DNA of 64,000 bases from Microgenomates bacterium OLB22 (GCA_001567515.1 LLEV01000008.1:36610-100609), one strand, 5' to 3'. Counted from the stretch's first letter, positions 10,143 through 21,183 are shown. Notes: generated from the sequence alone by a model not told the origin. Numbers and translations are program-made.

Positions 10143-10368
10143 GTCTTTCTAGGCTACCTCTTCGCGATTCCAGTCGTTCATGCAGAGCTTTATCTTTCAA
10201 TAATCCCTTGTAAATGCGGGCAAACATCTGTGGATCATCGAGTGCTCGTATGGCCAATATCTCTTTATCGCTGAGTCCGGGACGGATTTTTTGGAGTATG
10301 AAATCGATATCTTTTTGTTCCAGGCGCAATCGTGCAAGTGGATCCCCACTTCTTTCATTTCTCTCCAT
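10111..10368 (-). CDS. Middle segment of the giant orphan gene (85-aa track ORF; frame open upstream to ~10497)
   Basis: The frame continues upstream without stop (…QNRTHVYDRIDALNTKYAPNGFIDEEGWRGYRQELEQLMERNERSG…). It joins the 221-aa ORF if G7 at 10498-10504 is G6, and joins the 1016-aa ORF with one base fewer in 10114-10148 (T5 at 10132-10136). Confidence 0.5.
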   Translation of the reverse strand: MERNERSGDPLARLRLEQKDIDFILQKIRPGLSDKEILAIRALDDPQMFARIYKGLLKDKALHERLESRRGSLERRVQKRPTWIH

Positions 10369-10483
10369 CAGCTGCTCAAGCTCCTGTCTATAGCCACGCC
10401 ACCCTTCTTCATCTATAAATCCATTGGGTGCATATTTTGTATTGAGCGCGTCGATCCTATCGTATACATGTGTGCGGTTTTGT

Positions 10484-11149
10484 CTAACAGCGGGCCCGGG
10501 GGGGATCTGGTATGGTGAGATCTACTGTGGGCTCAGTAGTGACAAACAGGGGAATTTCACCATTTTGTAACAAAAACTGATTGAGTTCTCTATGCAATGG
10601 TAACGCTGCAATTTGCTGTGCGAGTCCGGGATCTTCTACGGCGTATCTACCTAGCTCACGTACCAAGGGTAGCGTTTCGGTGGGGAATATATCTTTTATG
10701 GTGTTTAGATCAGCCAAGGTTTCGATAAGGACACGTGGCTGTGAGACTGATGGGTCTCGTGCGACACTATGCAGTAGGGGTTGTATAAATAAAAGTTGTT
10801 CTAATGTGTCTTCTTGATCTTCTGTCGGACTCCATGTTGTAAGAGCACTAGCTATCTCGGTAGGGATAGCTGAGATGAATTCTTGCTGATCCTGGACAAT
10901 TCGATCAGGGTCAACATGACCCATTAAAGCAGCTTGAAGTGGCGTCATAATATCAGAAACAGCCGCTGATGTATCCCTTATAAAGGCTTTTTCTGGATCA
11001 GATAGCTCCTCGCCATTGCGCACCTTATCCAGAAGAATAAGGGCTTGCTCTCTAAGATAGTCCTTTTGAGGGGCTGACCCCACGCTTTGAAGGAGCTCCG
11101 ATCTGAAGCTATTGGATTCCCAGGATCTGGTTCTTTCATGTGCTGGCAT
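10484..11149 (-). CDS. N-terminal segment of the giant orphan gene (221-aa ORF)
   Basis: ATG 11149, 55 nt downstream of jag on the same strand; soluble, acidic, no signal peptide, no motif recognised. Confidence 0.55.
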   Translation of the reverse strand: MPAHERTRSWESNSFRSELLQSVGSAPQKDYLREQALILLDKVRNGEELSDPEKAFIRDTSAAVSDIMTPLQAALMGHVDPDRIVQDQQEFISAIPTEIASALTTWSPTEDQEDTLEQLLFIQPLLHSVARDPSVSQPRVLIETLADLNTIKDIFPTETLPLVRELGRYAVEDPGLAQQIAALPLHRELNQFLLQNGEIPLFVTTEPTVDLTIPDPPRARC

Positions 11150-11203
11150 AGTTACTATGATGTTCTACGTATAGTATACGACCGAATAAAAAGGACAGGA
11201 GAG

Positions 11204-11668
11204 TTACTTTTTTGAGATCCGGAGCACCCGCTGATCGGCTGTTCCCTCAGAAATACTTTGGAGTTCAGGGAAATTCTCAGTGATGTAACTGTGTATTAGC
11301 TTGCGTTCATAAGGATTGAAAGAGCGCAGTAAGGCAGCTCTTCCATCGGTCTGGACTTTCTCGGCAAGTCCCTGGGCGATTGACTCTATTCGCTCTTTTT
11401 GTTCAGCTCTATAGTTATTGACGTCAATCAGTACCTCAAGCTTCTCCTGAAGCTTGTTATAGAGCATGATGCCTATGATACGCTGGAAAGCATTGAGTGT
11501 CTCGGCATGATGCCCGATAAGTAGTGCTGGCTGCTCACTTTCTGCTAGGGTGATCTGTACGGTATATAGCGATTCATCTTTCTCGACAACTACTTTTTCG
11601 GTAGGTATCCCTAGGTGAGTGAGTAGATCTTGGCAGAGTTGTTCGATAGTTCCTTGGATTTGTGACAT
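11204..11668 (-). CDS. jag: Jag/KhpB-like RNA-binding protein (KH + R3H)
   Basis: 154 aa; C-terminal R3H-type segment (NPYERKLIHSYITENFPELQSISEG); canonical position after yidC. Confidence 0.8.
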   Translation of the reverse strand: MSQIQGTIEQLCQDLLTHLGIPTEKVVVEKDESLYTVQITLAESEQPALLIGHHAETLNAFQRIIGIMLYNKLQEKLEVLIDVNNYRAEQKERIESIAQGLAEKVQTDGRAALLRSFNPYERKLIHSYITENFPELQSISEGTADQRVLRISKK

Positions 11669-11674
11669 GGTTTA

Positions 11675-12484
11675 TTATACTATTTCAACTGGTTTTTTCT
11701 TTCCGTGGTCTCGGTTGAAGACTTCATATTGGATAATGCTGCTAATGGAGAACATATTCCAGTAGAGTGATAAACCTACTGGGAGTTGATAGGAAAATAG
11801 ACCAATCATGATGGGTAGGACAATCTTCATTTGTGTAGCCATGATTGCACTCATATCATCTTCTTTCTTTTTCCCATCAGAATTCTCTGTTGTCTTTTTC
11901 ATTGGTTGTGGAGCGGTGACGGCGACTTGTGCATACTGTAGAATCGCAGTAAGTACGGGGATAAGAAGATAATGATAGCCATTTGTCATAAATGTGGATG
12001 GGGCAACTGCAAGATTGTATCCAAAAAAGAAGGGGTCGATAGTTGAAACCTTCAGAAACGGAGCATAAATGATCTGCTCCAGGGGTTTGCCAAGTACTTC
12101 GGGATGTGCCTTCACGACCATAAGTCTGATGGACTCATAAAGGGCAAACGCCAAAGGTATCTGTAGGAGTGCTAGGACACAACCAGTTGCGGGATTTACT
12201 CCCATTTCTTTATAGAGCTCCATCTGCTTTTTTTGAAGGAGAGGTTTGTCATGTTGATGCTTTTTTGAGAGAGCGTCCAGTCTTGGCTTCATCTCCTCCA
12301 TCTTGCGTGCAAGTTGCATTTGTCTAATATAAAGAGGATGAACAAGGATCCGCACAAAGCCTGTGAGAGCGATGATGGAAAAACCAAATGCTCCAGGAAG
12401 AGAAATTGTAGTAAATAAGAATAAGAAGAACAGAAGAATATTTATCGTGGGTATGACAAATATCGTTGTAAATAGGGTGCCCAT
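11675..12484 (-). CDS. yidC: Membrane protein insertase YidC (short form)
   Basis: 269 aa, 5 TM; conserved YidC segment KKQMELYKEMGVNPATGCVLALLQIPLAFALY; follows rpmH. Confidence 0.9.
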   Translation of the reverse strand: MGTLFTTIFVIPTINILLFFLFLFTTISLPGAFGFSIIALTGFVRILVHPLYIRQMQLARKMEEMKPRLDALSKKHQHDKPLLQKKQMELYKEMGVNPATGCVLALLQIPLAFALYESIRLMVVKAHPEVLGKPLEQIIYAPFLKVSTIDPFFFGYNLAVAPSTFMTNGYHYLLIPVLTAILQYAQVAVTAPQPMKKTTENSDGKKKEDDMSAIMATQMKIVLPIMIGLFSYQLPVGLSLYWNMFSISSIIQYEVFNRDHGKKKPVEIV

Positions 12485-12492
12485 CTATATGG

Positions 12493-12630
12493 TTATACAG
12501 TCAATTGATGTCGACCTTTCTCTCGTCGGCGCTTGAGCACTTCTCGGCCGTCATGCGTCTTCATACGGGCTAAAAAGCCGTGTTTGCGTACGCGTCTGAG
12601 CTTTTTGGGTTGATAAGTTTGTTTTGCCAT
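12493..12630 (-). CDS. rpmH: 50S ribosomal protein L34
   Basis: Not in the ORF track because it is under 60 aa. Reverse strand reads [45 protein letters not shown] followed by a stop codon, the L34 signature. Confidence 0.95.
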   Translation of the reverse strand: MAKQTYQPKKLRRVRKHGFLARMKTHDGREVLKRRREKGRHQLTV

Positions 12631-12632
12631 GG

Positions 12633-14756
12633 CTATCTATTATGCAATCTAGTATCAAGGATGGAGCTATCCATACCATAAAATTCTTTCCATACCGCTT
12701 CTGTTACAAAAGGCATAAATGGATGAATGATCTTCAGACATTCTCCGTAGACTTTCTCTAAAGCGTCAAGAACCTCTATATTACCAGATCTGATCTCATC
12801 TTTCAACTTCTCAATATATATGTCTGCAAATCTATGCCATAAAAACTCATACATGTCATCAAAGCCCCTCGAGAATTTGAATGAATCAATATCATTTGAA
12901 CATTTTTTGATGACTGTCTCCGCTTCTGCTTGTAATTCTTTGAGTATGCTTACTGTTTCGGATGAGATGACAGGTGCTTCGCCTTTTTCCTGCTTCCCCA
13001 GCCATATAAATCGACCAATATTCCATATCTTATTGGCATAATTACGCATCCCCACGATCTTATCTTCTGTAAAGTTAACATCTCCACCCTCTTTTGATTG
13101 GAAGATGAGTGTGGCTCTTAACGCATCGGCCCCATATTTACTCACCATATCCATCGGATTGACGACATTCCCTTTGCTCTTACTCATCTTCAATCCCTTG
13201 CTGTCACGTACCATTCCATGGAGTAATACCTTTGAAAATGGTACTTCGCCTGTTACATACAGCCCAATCATAGTCATGCGGACTACCCAGGCTGGCAAGA
13301 TGTCATATCCCGTTTCCATAACGGATGTTGGATAAAACTTCTCAAAAAGGTTTGGGTTCTCTTGTGCCATGAGTGTGACAAATGGCCATTGTGAAGATGA
13401 AAACCAGGTGTCAAACGTGTCTGAGTCTTGTTCTAGGCGGAGCTCCTCTATTTCTTCAGCAGTTGGGGGAGTCTCATATACATACCATTTATTTTCCTTC
13501 TTGGAAAAATATGCGGGTATTTGGATCCCCCATACTATCTGCCTAGATATGTTCCAATCATGAAATTTAAGAAGCCAGTCAATCATCGTCTTCTTAAATC
13601 GAGTTGGGTAAATCTTCATGTCCCCTCTCTCGACTGCTTCAATTGCTTTGTCTGCAAGAGGTCTCACTTTGATAAACCATTGTTCCTTAGGAAGTGGTTG
13701 AAGAGTCATCCCGCACTTGTAGCATACTTTTAGGACCTTCTTATGTTTTACAGCTTTTAGATTTAGTTCGGTAACTATTCTGAGTCGTGCGACGGTCACC
13801 CGAAGTCCATTATAAACATCCGATCCCGTATTACAAAGCTTACCGTCAAAGCCAATGATTTGAGGACCCTTGAGCCCGTGTTTTTTCGCAACTTCAAAAT
13901 CATTAAAGTCATGAAGGGGAGTGACCTTGACTGCTCCGGTTCCGAAATCAGGATCTACGTACTCATCTGCAATTATTGGTATTTCTCTATTAATGATGGG
14001 GATCAGAGCTTTTTTTCCAACGAAACCGGTATAACGTATGTCGCTTGGATTGACCATGATCGCAGCATCCCCAAACATAGTTTCTGGACGAGTCGTTGCG
14101 ACCTGGATAGTGCCACTCTCTCCTACTATTTTATAGTCAATGTAGAAAAGGCCTCCCTCTGCTTCAACAGTAGCTGTCTCAGAGATTTCTTTATCTTCAA
14201 CTTCAAGGTCCGAAAAAGAAGTCCCATCTTTCCAGCAATAGTTGACAAGCTTTAGGTCACGATAAATCAAACCCTCATCGAACATCTTTTTAAATGTTTT
14301 GTGTACAATCTTTACCACATCCTCATCCATCGTAAATTTCATCTTATTCCAATCTAGAGCAAAGCCAAGTCTTCGAAGTTGGTTCTCCATGGTCCCTCGA
14401 TTTTTCATGACAAAGTCCCAGATCATCTTAAATAGTGTTGTCCTGTCAAAATCAAAGCGACTCTGATCTTTTTTCGCGAGATGTTTTTCAAAAACAAACT
14501 GAGTTTCAAAACCTGCATGATCAGCGCCTGGCAGCCACAATACTTCTTTACCCAACAGCTTGTTGTATCGAATAAGGATATCTTCGTAGACGTACATAGC
14601 ATGTCCCACATGGAGGTCGGCATTAGCATTGGGTGGGGGGAGTATGATGCTGAATGGGGGTTTATTGGAATCAGAAGTCGCAGTGAACGTGCCACTTTTT
14701 TCCCAAAAAGAGTAGATCTTTTCCTCATGATCTGCGGGGTTGTAACGTGAATCCAT
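12633..14756 (-). CDS. valS: Valine--tRNA ligase (short, 707 aa)
   Basis: Class I motifs: HIGH region [14 protein letters not shown] and KMSKS as LKMSKSKGN. ValRS-type segments [14 protein letters not shown] and [10 protein letters not shown]. No C-terminal coiled-coil extension. Confidence 0.9.
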   Translation of the reverse strand: MDSRYNPADHEEKIYSFWEKSGTFTATSDSNKPPFSIILPPPNANADLHVGHAMYVYEDILIRYNKLLGKEVLWLPGADHAGFETQFVFEKHLAKKDQSRFDFDRTTLFKMIWDFVMKNRGTMENQLRRLGFALDWNKMKFTMDEDVVKIVHKTFKKMFDEGLIYRDLKLVNYCWKDGTSFSDLEVEDKEISETATVEAEGGLFYIDYKIVGESGTIQVATTRPETMFGDAAIMVNPSDIRYTGFVGKKALIPIINREIPIIADEYVDPDFGTGAVKVTPLHDFNDFEVAKKHGLKGPQIIGFDGKLCNTGSDVYNGLRVTVARLRIVTELNLKAVKHKKVLKVCYKCGMTLQPLPKEQWFIKVRPLADKAIEAVERGDMKIYPTRFKKTMIDWLLKFHDWNISRQIVWGIQIPAYFSKKENKWYVYETPPTAEEIEELRLEQDSDTFDTWFSSSQWPFVTLMAQENPNLFEKFYPTSVMETGYDILPAWVVRMTMIGLYVTGEVPFSKVLLHGMVRDSKGLKMSKSKGNVVNPMDMVSKYGADALRATLIFQSKEGGDVNFTEDKIVGMRNYANKIWNIGRFIWLGKQEKGEAPVISSETVSILKELQAEAETVIKKCSNDIDSFKFSRGFDDMYEFLWHRFADIYIEKLKDEIRSGNIEVLDALEKVYGECLKIIHPFMPFVTEAVWKEFYGMDSSILDTRLHNR

Positions 14757-14815
14757 GGGCCTATCGTATCAAATTCGGGTTGCAAATTCAATCTAAACGT
14801 ACTATTCTGTCAACC

Positions 14816-16998
14816 ATGACGTGGCTGACGATAAGTCTTTTGTGGTATTTCAAATTAGTTGTACTGGGGATTGTCTTTCTCCCCATAACTATCGCTTTTT
14901 TTGGAGATCGTTTGGTGGATAAAGGATATGCCTTTAGTAAAGTCGTGGGCATACTTCTCTGTAGTTTTACGCTTTTTGTCCTTGGTGTTTTCAAGATAGC
15001 ACCATTTACTGTCATATCTGCCTTTACTGTTTTTGGTGGGTTTGCCATCATCAACATGATCGTTGCCAAGAAGGTTATTCCCAAAGGGACGATTACCGCA
15101 AGGGATGTTCGCATATGGTTCTTTATAGAGCTCCTTTTTTTGTGCAGCTTTCTATTCTGGGTTGTTGTTAGGGGGCAGGAGCCTTCAATAAGAGGTCTAG
15201 AAAAGTACATGGATTTCGGCTTCATCAATGCCATACTGCGAAGCACCTATTTCCCTCCCAAAGATATTTGGTTGGTCGGACACTTTATAAATTATTACTA
15301 TTTTGGACATCTCTCGGCGGCTACCCTCACCCTACTTTTTCAGGTGACAAGTGATATATCCTACAATCTCATCCTATCAACGCTTTTTGCGATGGGTATT
15401 ACTCAGACATGGTCACTAGTGGCGACATTACTCACCTCTATGACGGGACGCGTCAAGGCCTACTTCGGTGGATTACTTGGAGCCTTTTTACTCAACCTGG
15501 GAGGCAATCTCCATACCATCTATCTCTTCACAAAGGGATATGGGACGGATACGCCGATCCCATTTTGGAAGATTTGGTCCGTATTTAGTCCTAGTACCTA
15601 TTGGTACCCTAATGCTACCCGGTTTATCCCCTTTACAATCCATGAGTTTCCGAGTTATTCATACGTAGTGGCAGATCTGCATGGTCATGTGTTTGATATC
15701 CCATTTGTGCTTTTTACTATTGCCTGCATGCTCTGCATTCTAAAGACGGTCCCCTCTAAGCATACTGCCGCATTTGAAAAAGAAAAAAAGTTCTTGCCCA
15801 TGCTTTGGTCCTTCCTTTCACAGCATCACATCTGGTCTGCGCTCTTGCTTGGATCAATGGTGGGTATACACTACATGACCAATGCTTTTGATGGGATTGT
15901 GTACGGGGCACTTGGGTGGTGTTTCTATTTTTCATTACAATTTCTTGGCAATTGCGCGTACAATCATGGTCGCTGTTCGCTTTTTCCGCACTTATAACAA
16001 GTCTTCCCTTTTCTATTTTCTTTGAACCCTTTGCTAGTGGTGTGGGAGTGAATTGTGCCCCTTCTTGGTTGATTTCTATGGGCAAGATTGGTCCCTTGTT
16101 ATTTGAAAAAGGTAACTGTCAGATATCTGAGTGGTGGATGCTTCTTGTATTATGGGGATTCTTCCTCTGGTTTGGCATCGTTTATTTCATTATTCACTCA
16201 AAGAGCATACGGCATCTTGTTACTACTGCATTTTTGGGAGTAGTTGAGCCAAAGCAACGGATCATTTGGTTTGTAGGATTAATCTTTATTTTTGGGTTTC
16301 TACTCTTGGTAGTCCCAGAATTCTTATATCTCAAAGATATATATCCAGCGCATTTTAGGGCCAACACGATGTTCAAACTGGGGTATCAAGCGTTTATGCT
16401 CATGAGCATAGCAAGCGTCGTTAGCTTTTTTTTCAATTACAGCTATTCGATCAAAGTTGATGCGTATTGGTACGGGGATAGCGGCAATAGTCCTTATCTT
16501 TTTAGTCGGGATTTATCCTTACTTTGCTATCACGTCCTACTACGGTACCCTTGCTAAAGAGCCGGTACTAGATGGTACTATCTGGATGCAAAGCACCTTC
16601 CAGAATATAGAGAGGCCGTACTCTATCTGAGGGGCAACGCTACTGAGTCCACGGTTATTGTTGAGGCCCAAGGTGATTCCTATACTGACTTTAATATTGT
16701 CTCAGCCTACACTGGAATACCTACAGTGGCTGGATGGTGGGTACATGAGTGGCTGTGGAGGGGTAATGCCCAGGTAGTCGGTAATTTGATCCCTTATATA
16801 GAAGACTTCTATAAAGGTACTGATATAGAGGCAAAGAGAACATTTATTGATAGATTTAACATAGAATACATAGTAGTCGGGCCCAATGAAGAGCAGAAGT
16901 ACAGTCCACTACAGGAGGAAGCCCTACAGGCGGTAGCGAAAAAAGTGTTCACCTCAGCTAACGGACGAGTACGAATATATAGGGTATATAGTAGGTAA
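14816..16998 (+). CDS. DUF2298/YYY-domain large membrane protein; at least three frameshifts as sequenced
   Basis: Track ORFs 14747-15997, 15916-16557 and 16726-16998 plus an untracked frame (GIYPYFAITSYYGTLAKEPVLDGT) form one polytopic protein. It ends with ...SAYTGIPTVAGWWVHEWLWRG...IEYIVVGPNEEQKY. Joins are near 15900-15990 (one base short), at T8 16436-16443 (one extra) and at 16570-16600 (one short). Likely start MTWLTISLLW at 14816. Confidence 0.7.
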
Positions 16999-17149
16999 GA
17001 AAAAAAGGCACCCCAAATAGACCGTATTGACCGGATATTAAAACTTTGATACAGTGATGTCACTCCTTACTTGGAGAGATCAAAGGGCATTACTATACGT
17101 CGTGGTGAATGCGAACGGTAGTGATGCTCTTCTTTGGTTGAAAAACTCC

Positions 17150-17449
17150 CTAGATCTTTATTGTGAACACTGGTATCGCAAGCCCTTTCTGTTTTAATTG
17201 CATCAGTTGGCTACGTACCGCCCGAATCTCAAATTCTGCTGCCGTCCCACTCCTTTTTACTCTTTTTTGAAAAAACAGTCTGAACATAGTGGCATTATGC
17301 CCAGCCCTCACCATCTTGTCAAGTCCTATAAGAAATAGCTTGTCAAAAAACAGCAGACCCATAGTACAACGAGGTCGCAATGGGACTTTGCGACGCTCTA
17401 TTACTATGTCTCTAGAGTCGTCCACAAAATGTGGATAACAATCTTTCAT
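17150..17449 (-). CDS. Hypothetical basic protein (99 aa)
   Basis: ATG 17449 preceded by GGAGG 5 nt upstream (the track ORF starts 6 nt earlier at GTG); no family recognised; contains the TTTTTTCAAAAAAG tract. Confidence 0.45.
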   Translation of the reverse strand: MKDCYPHFVDDSRDIVIERRKVPLRPRCTMGLLFFDKLFLIGLDKMVRAGHNATMFRLFFQKRVKRSGTAAEFEIRAVRSQLMQLKQKGLAIPVFTIKI

Positions 17450-17496
17450 ACGCACCTCCCCTCTGCTTTCTTTGGTGCAGTATAATATCGAGGCAT

Positions 17497-18211
17497 ATGA
17501 GTAAGATTCGAGTACTAACTACTAATCTATTCTTTAATTCAGATCGTGAGCATTTGAGTGACTTAGTTGCACAGGAGCAACCTGACATCATAGCTTTACA
17601 GGAGTTTTGTACGACGGAAACTGAACTAAAGAAGCTAGAGGAGTTAGAAGGGTATGTAGTAGCTGGGTTTTCTCACAATTATATTAAGAAGAATATTCCC
17701 TACGGGATCTGCACTCTCTATAGATCCATCGATATAAAGGTGAAAAAGCATGTTGAAGGCAGACTCGCTATTGGCTTATCAGAGTTTTTTATCATGCTAT
17801 TTCGAGGTCGCAAGTCACGGAGCGTGATGCATACGATTTTTGAAAGAGGCGGTAAGGAATTTTCTTTTGTAAATGTACACCTATCTCCATACGGGTCTAA
17901 TGCTATCCGCAAGAAACAACTATCGCTTATTTTGGAAAAGTATTGCAAAGGAACGAGATCAACTATCATAGCCGGGGACTTCAACTTTCCTTATCGGCGT
18001 CTACAGCTCGAGGAGTTACTCACACAGTATCACTTCAAAGAAGCAACAGAAGGTATTAGGCACACTTTTGTAAAAAAAGTGGTTAGGTTTTATACTAGTA
18101 CGGTTTAAGCTAGACTATGTATTTTATCGTGCCTGTGGGCATATCAGGACAGAACGACTTTCTCGAGTTTTATCAGACCATTATCCACTGATTTCTGAGT
18201 TTGATTTGTAG
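17497..18211 (+). CDS. Endonuclease/exonuclease/phosphatase (EEP) family protein; frameshifted as sequenced
   Basis: N-terminus KIRVLTTNLF...QPDIIALQEF. The C-terminal EEP signature KLDYVFY...SDHYPLISEFDL lies in the +1 frame and joins if A7 at 18072-18078 is A6. Stop 18209-18211. Confidence 0.8.
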
Positions 18212-18216
18212 TACTC

Positions 18217-19395
18217 ATGAAGATAGCAATATTTACAGATGCTTTTTATCCACAGGTCAATGGGGTTGTGACGCATGTTGTGGAGGTAAGCAATCATCTG
18301 GCTAAAAAGCACACCGTCTGTATCGTAGCAGCCAAACCCGAGAAATTGCCTGATGCATCATTTGGCTTATCTTCACAGGTCCTGCTTCAATATGTCAAAA
18401 GCTATGCTCTCTCTTTGTATCCAGACTTTAGGGTAACTAATCCTTATCGGCAGGAGCTGACTCAGTTTTTTAAAGAATTTGATCCTGATGTTGTTCATTT
18501 TCATACGCCTTGGACGGTCGCATATGCAGGTGTCCGTGCAGCGGTGAAGGCGAACAAGCCTATCGTAGGGACCTTTCATACCTACTTCCTAGATCCAGAG
18601 TACCTCAAGATCATCAAAATGGATGCCCTCTTCATCGTGAATAACCATCTGGTGATGAAGATGCTCTGGAAATTTTTGATGGGTATTTATCATCAGTCTG
18701 ATGCCATTATTGCTCTCACTAGTAACGTTCGACGGGAGCTACTGCGTCATGAGACGGAGAGACCCGTACATCTTATACCAACGGGTATAAACACAAAGGA
18801 ATTTATGCAAAAGCCAAAACTCCCGTGTCCTTTCAAGAAGCCCTATATACTGTGCCTTGGGAGGACCAGTGTAGAGAAGAGCTTGGATGTGGTAATCGAG
18901 AGTTTTGCCCGTATTGCTTCTATGGTGCCACATGATCTTGTCATTGTAGGAGATGGCCCTGCGCGGGCAGATCTACAGGCACGTGCAATAGAGCTGGGTC
19001 TGGGCGACCGCGTGGTCTTTCCAGGATCTATTAAACGAACAGATGTCATTAAAATGGGTATTTATTCACACGCAGATCTGTATATCTCCGCCAGCAAGAC
19101 CGAGACCTTGGGACTTACATTCCTCGAGGCTCTGGCGAGTGGAATCCCGGTGATCGGTGTAGCAAAAAATGGAGCAAAGGAAGTGTTGAGAGATACCGGA
19201 GTACTTTGTCCTCCTGATGATCGTGATGCTATGGCAAAAGAGATATACAAGATATTGTCAGGCGACACTTCTTCCTTTCATAGCGAGGCAGTCAAGACGT
19301 TGTTAGATCGTTTTGATACTGAGGCTAGCATAGAAAAGCTCGAAGAGTTGTATACAAAGGTTATTGACCAGAAAGCTAAGGAGCAAGTCGTGTAA
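18217..19395 (+). CDS. Glycosyltransferase family 4
   Basis: 392 aa; N-terminal KIAIFTDAFYPQVNGV and C-terminal GT-B donor-binding region SKTETLGLTFLEALASGIPVIG. Confidence 0.85.
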   Translation: MKIAIFTDAFYPQVNGVVTHVVEVSNHLAKKHTVCIVAAKPEKLPDASFGLSSQVLLQYVKSYALSLYPDFRVTNPYRQELTQFFKEFDPDVVHFHTPWTVAYAGVRAAVKANKPIVGTFHTYFLDPEYLKIIKMDALFIVNNHLVMKMLWKFLMGIYHQSDAIIALTSNVRRELLRHETERPVHLIPTGINTKEFMQKPKLPCPFKKPYILCLGRTSVEKSLDVVIESFARIASMVPHDLVIVGDGPARADLQARAIELGLGDRVVFPGSIKRTDVIKMGIYSHADLYISASKTETLGLTFLEALASGIPVIGVAKNGAKEVLRDTGVLCPPDDRDAMAKEIYKILSGDTSSFHSEAVKTLLDRFDTEASIEKLEELYTKVIDQKAKEQVV

Positions 19396-21175
19396 TTATC
19401 TCTTTTGGGCCTGGAATATACTTCTAATCTCAGTTACGCTAGTGGAGTCAGTTGCTCTTTTATCCTCTCGTAACCTCTCCAGACGGGGGAAACGGAGCGC
19501 ATATCCCGGTTCATCGACAACAACTGCCTTACCATTCTTGCTAGGTTTTAATGTCCTTCCTGCAGTATGCATAGTAGACCTTGTTAGCTCATCTGCTTTT
19601 ATCTCGAGCACAATACTGGGATTTACCCAGACCTCTGGTTTCATCAGTGGGTCACAATCATACTCTTTAGGTTGCTCTATGGCGATGAGACTGTCTAGTT
19701 TCACTTTAAAATCTCTCCACTCCTGGTCAGTCAGGCCCGTGCCAACTTTCGCTATCGTAGCAAACTTTTGCGAGTTCTTGTCCCAGACCCCTACAAGTAG
19801 AGCACCGATCCCGAACGAACTTCTCTTCCCCTTACCTTTGTCATATCCCATGATTACACAATCAAGGGTATCACTCAACTTTGATGAGTAACTTTTTTTA
19901 TACTTAATCCAATTTGATTCGCGTGCTCCTGGTTTGTACACCCCAGTAGTCTTTTTTATCATGACTCCTTCAAGTCCTCCAGAGATGGCTTTATCAAACA
20001 AGTCTTCGATTACGGTAGGTTCAGAGGTGCGTAGCTGTGGTGCAAGTACGATAATAGTCTTCTTTAGATCATTGGTCTGTGCAAAGATCTCCGCCATAAG
20101 AGCTCTTCTCTGTTCCAGGGGGGTTTGTAGAAGTTGTTGTTGGTCAATTAGTAATACATCAAATACTACAAATCGTAGAGGGATCTCTAATGATTTCTGC
20201 TCTATGTCATACTTTTCTTTTTCGTTGGGAAGTCTCCTGAAAAGGGAGAAAGGTATTAGTCTTGTTGTTATAACCAAGCGCTTCTCCTTCAAAGATAATA
20301 GTGTGTACCTTGATTTCATCATGCACTCCTTTCACTATATCCGGATACATCTGTGTGACGTCTTCCAGCCCGCGAGAGAAAAGCCTCACGAGAGATCCCT
20401 TTTTGTGTATTTGCAATCTAAATCCATCATATTTGGATTCAATTAATGCCTCTGTCAATTTTCCCAGAGCATCAGAAGGACTTGATGTCCTCTCAGCTTT
20501 CATCATTAGTATCGGGACCCCGGCTTGGGGGATACAATGAGCTAGTCCCTTGATTCCTTCCTTTTTCAGCTGAAAAGCGATGGCGCCAAGATCCGGCGAT
20601 ACGTGATAGGCCTTCTCAATCTCTGCTCTTAGAGATTTGTTCCCTGCTAACATCCACGAGTAGGCATCAAGTAGTGTCATATCTGAGAAACCGAGCCGAA
20701 GTGTATTAGCAGGGATGCGGGCAAGGTAACGTGCCTCGAGTGGCCCGACCTCTTTTATAAGGTCTGCCAGTTGACCTATCTTCTGAATTTGTGACTGGCC
20801 CCCCGAGAGAGTTGTTAGCCGTTTCAGGCAAGAGTAGACCTCTCCAATAGAGAGGTTGCTTGGCTTATGACCTTGTTCTCGCTTGTACCATTGTGCTGTC
20901 AGTCCACCATCGCCCAATTGAGATCGTTTTTGCATATATTCTTTCGGATCGATAGATAGTCCCTTTATGGTGGCTTGATCTACGAGTTTTGCGCCCATCC
21001 CAAACTCTTTCCCGTCATACAGTGGTGCGATGCGACCCATTAGAAGGTAGCTGACTTGACGACTTTCCTCAGGGGTGAGGTCTCTAAAGAGTTCCGCCAC
21101 TATCTCTGTGATAGTCAAACGCGAAGACGTCTCCTCTATTTTGTGGAAATACTCGGCTAGTTGGGCAAAAGTCAT
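19396..21175 (-). CDS. lig: ATP-dependent DNA ligase (three-domain Lig1/archaeal-like type); frameshifted as sequenced
   Basis: Adenylation motif I ESKYDGFRLQ. Track ORFs 20207-21196 and 19396-20322 overlap in frames offset by +1. They join (…PFQETSQRKRKYDIEQKSLEIPLRFVVFDVL…) with one base fewer in T4/T5 at 20213-20222. Likely start MTFAQLAEYF at 21175. Confidence 0.85.
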
Positions 21176-21183
21176 AATGTTAT

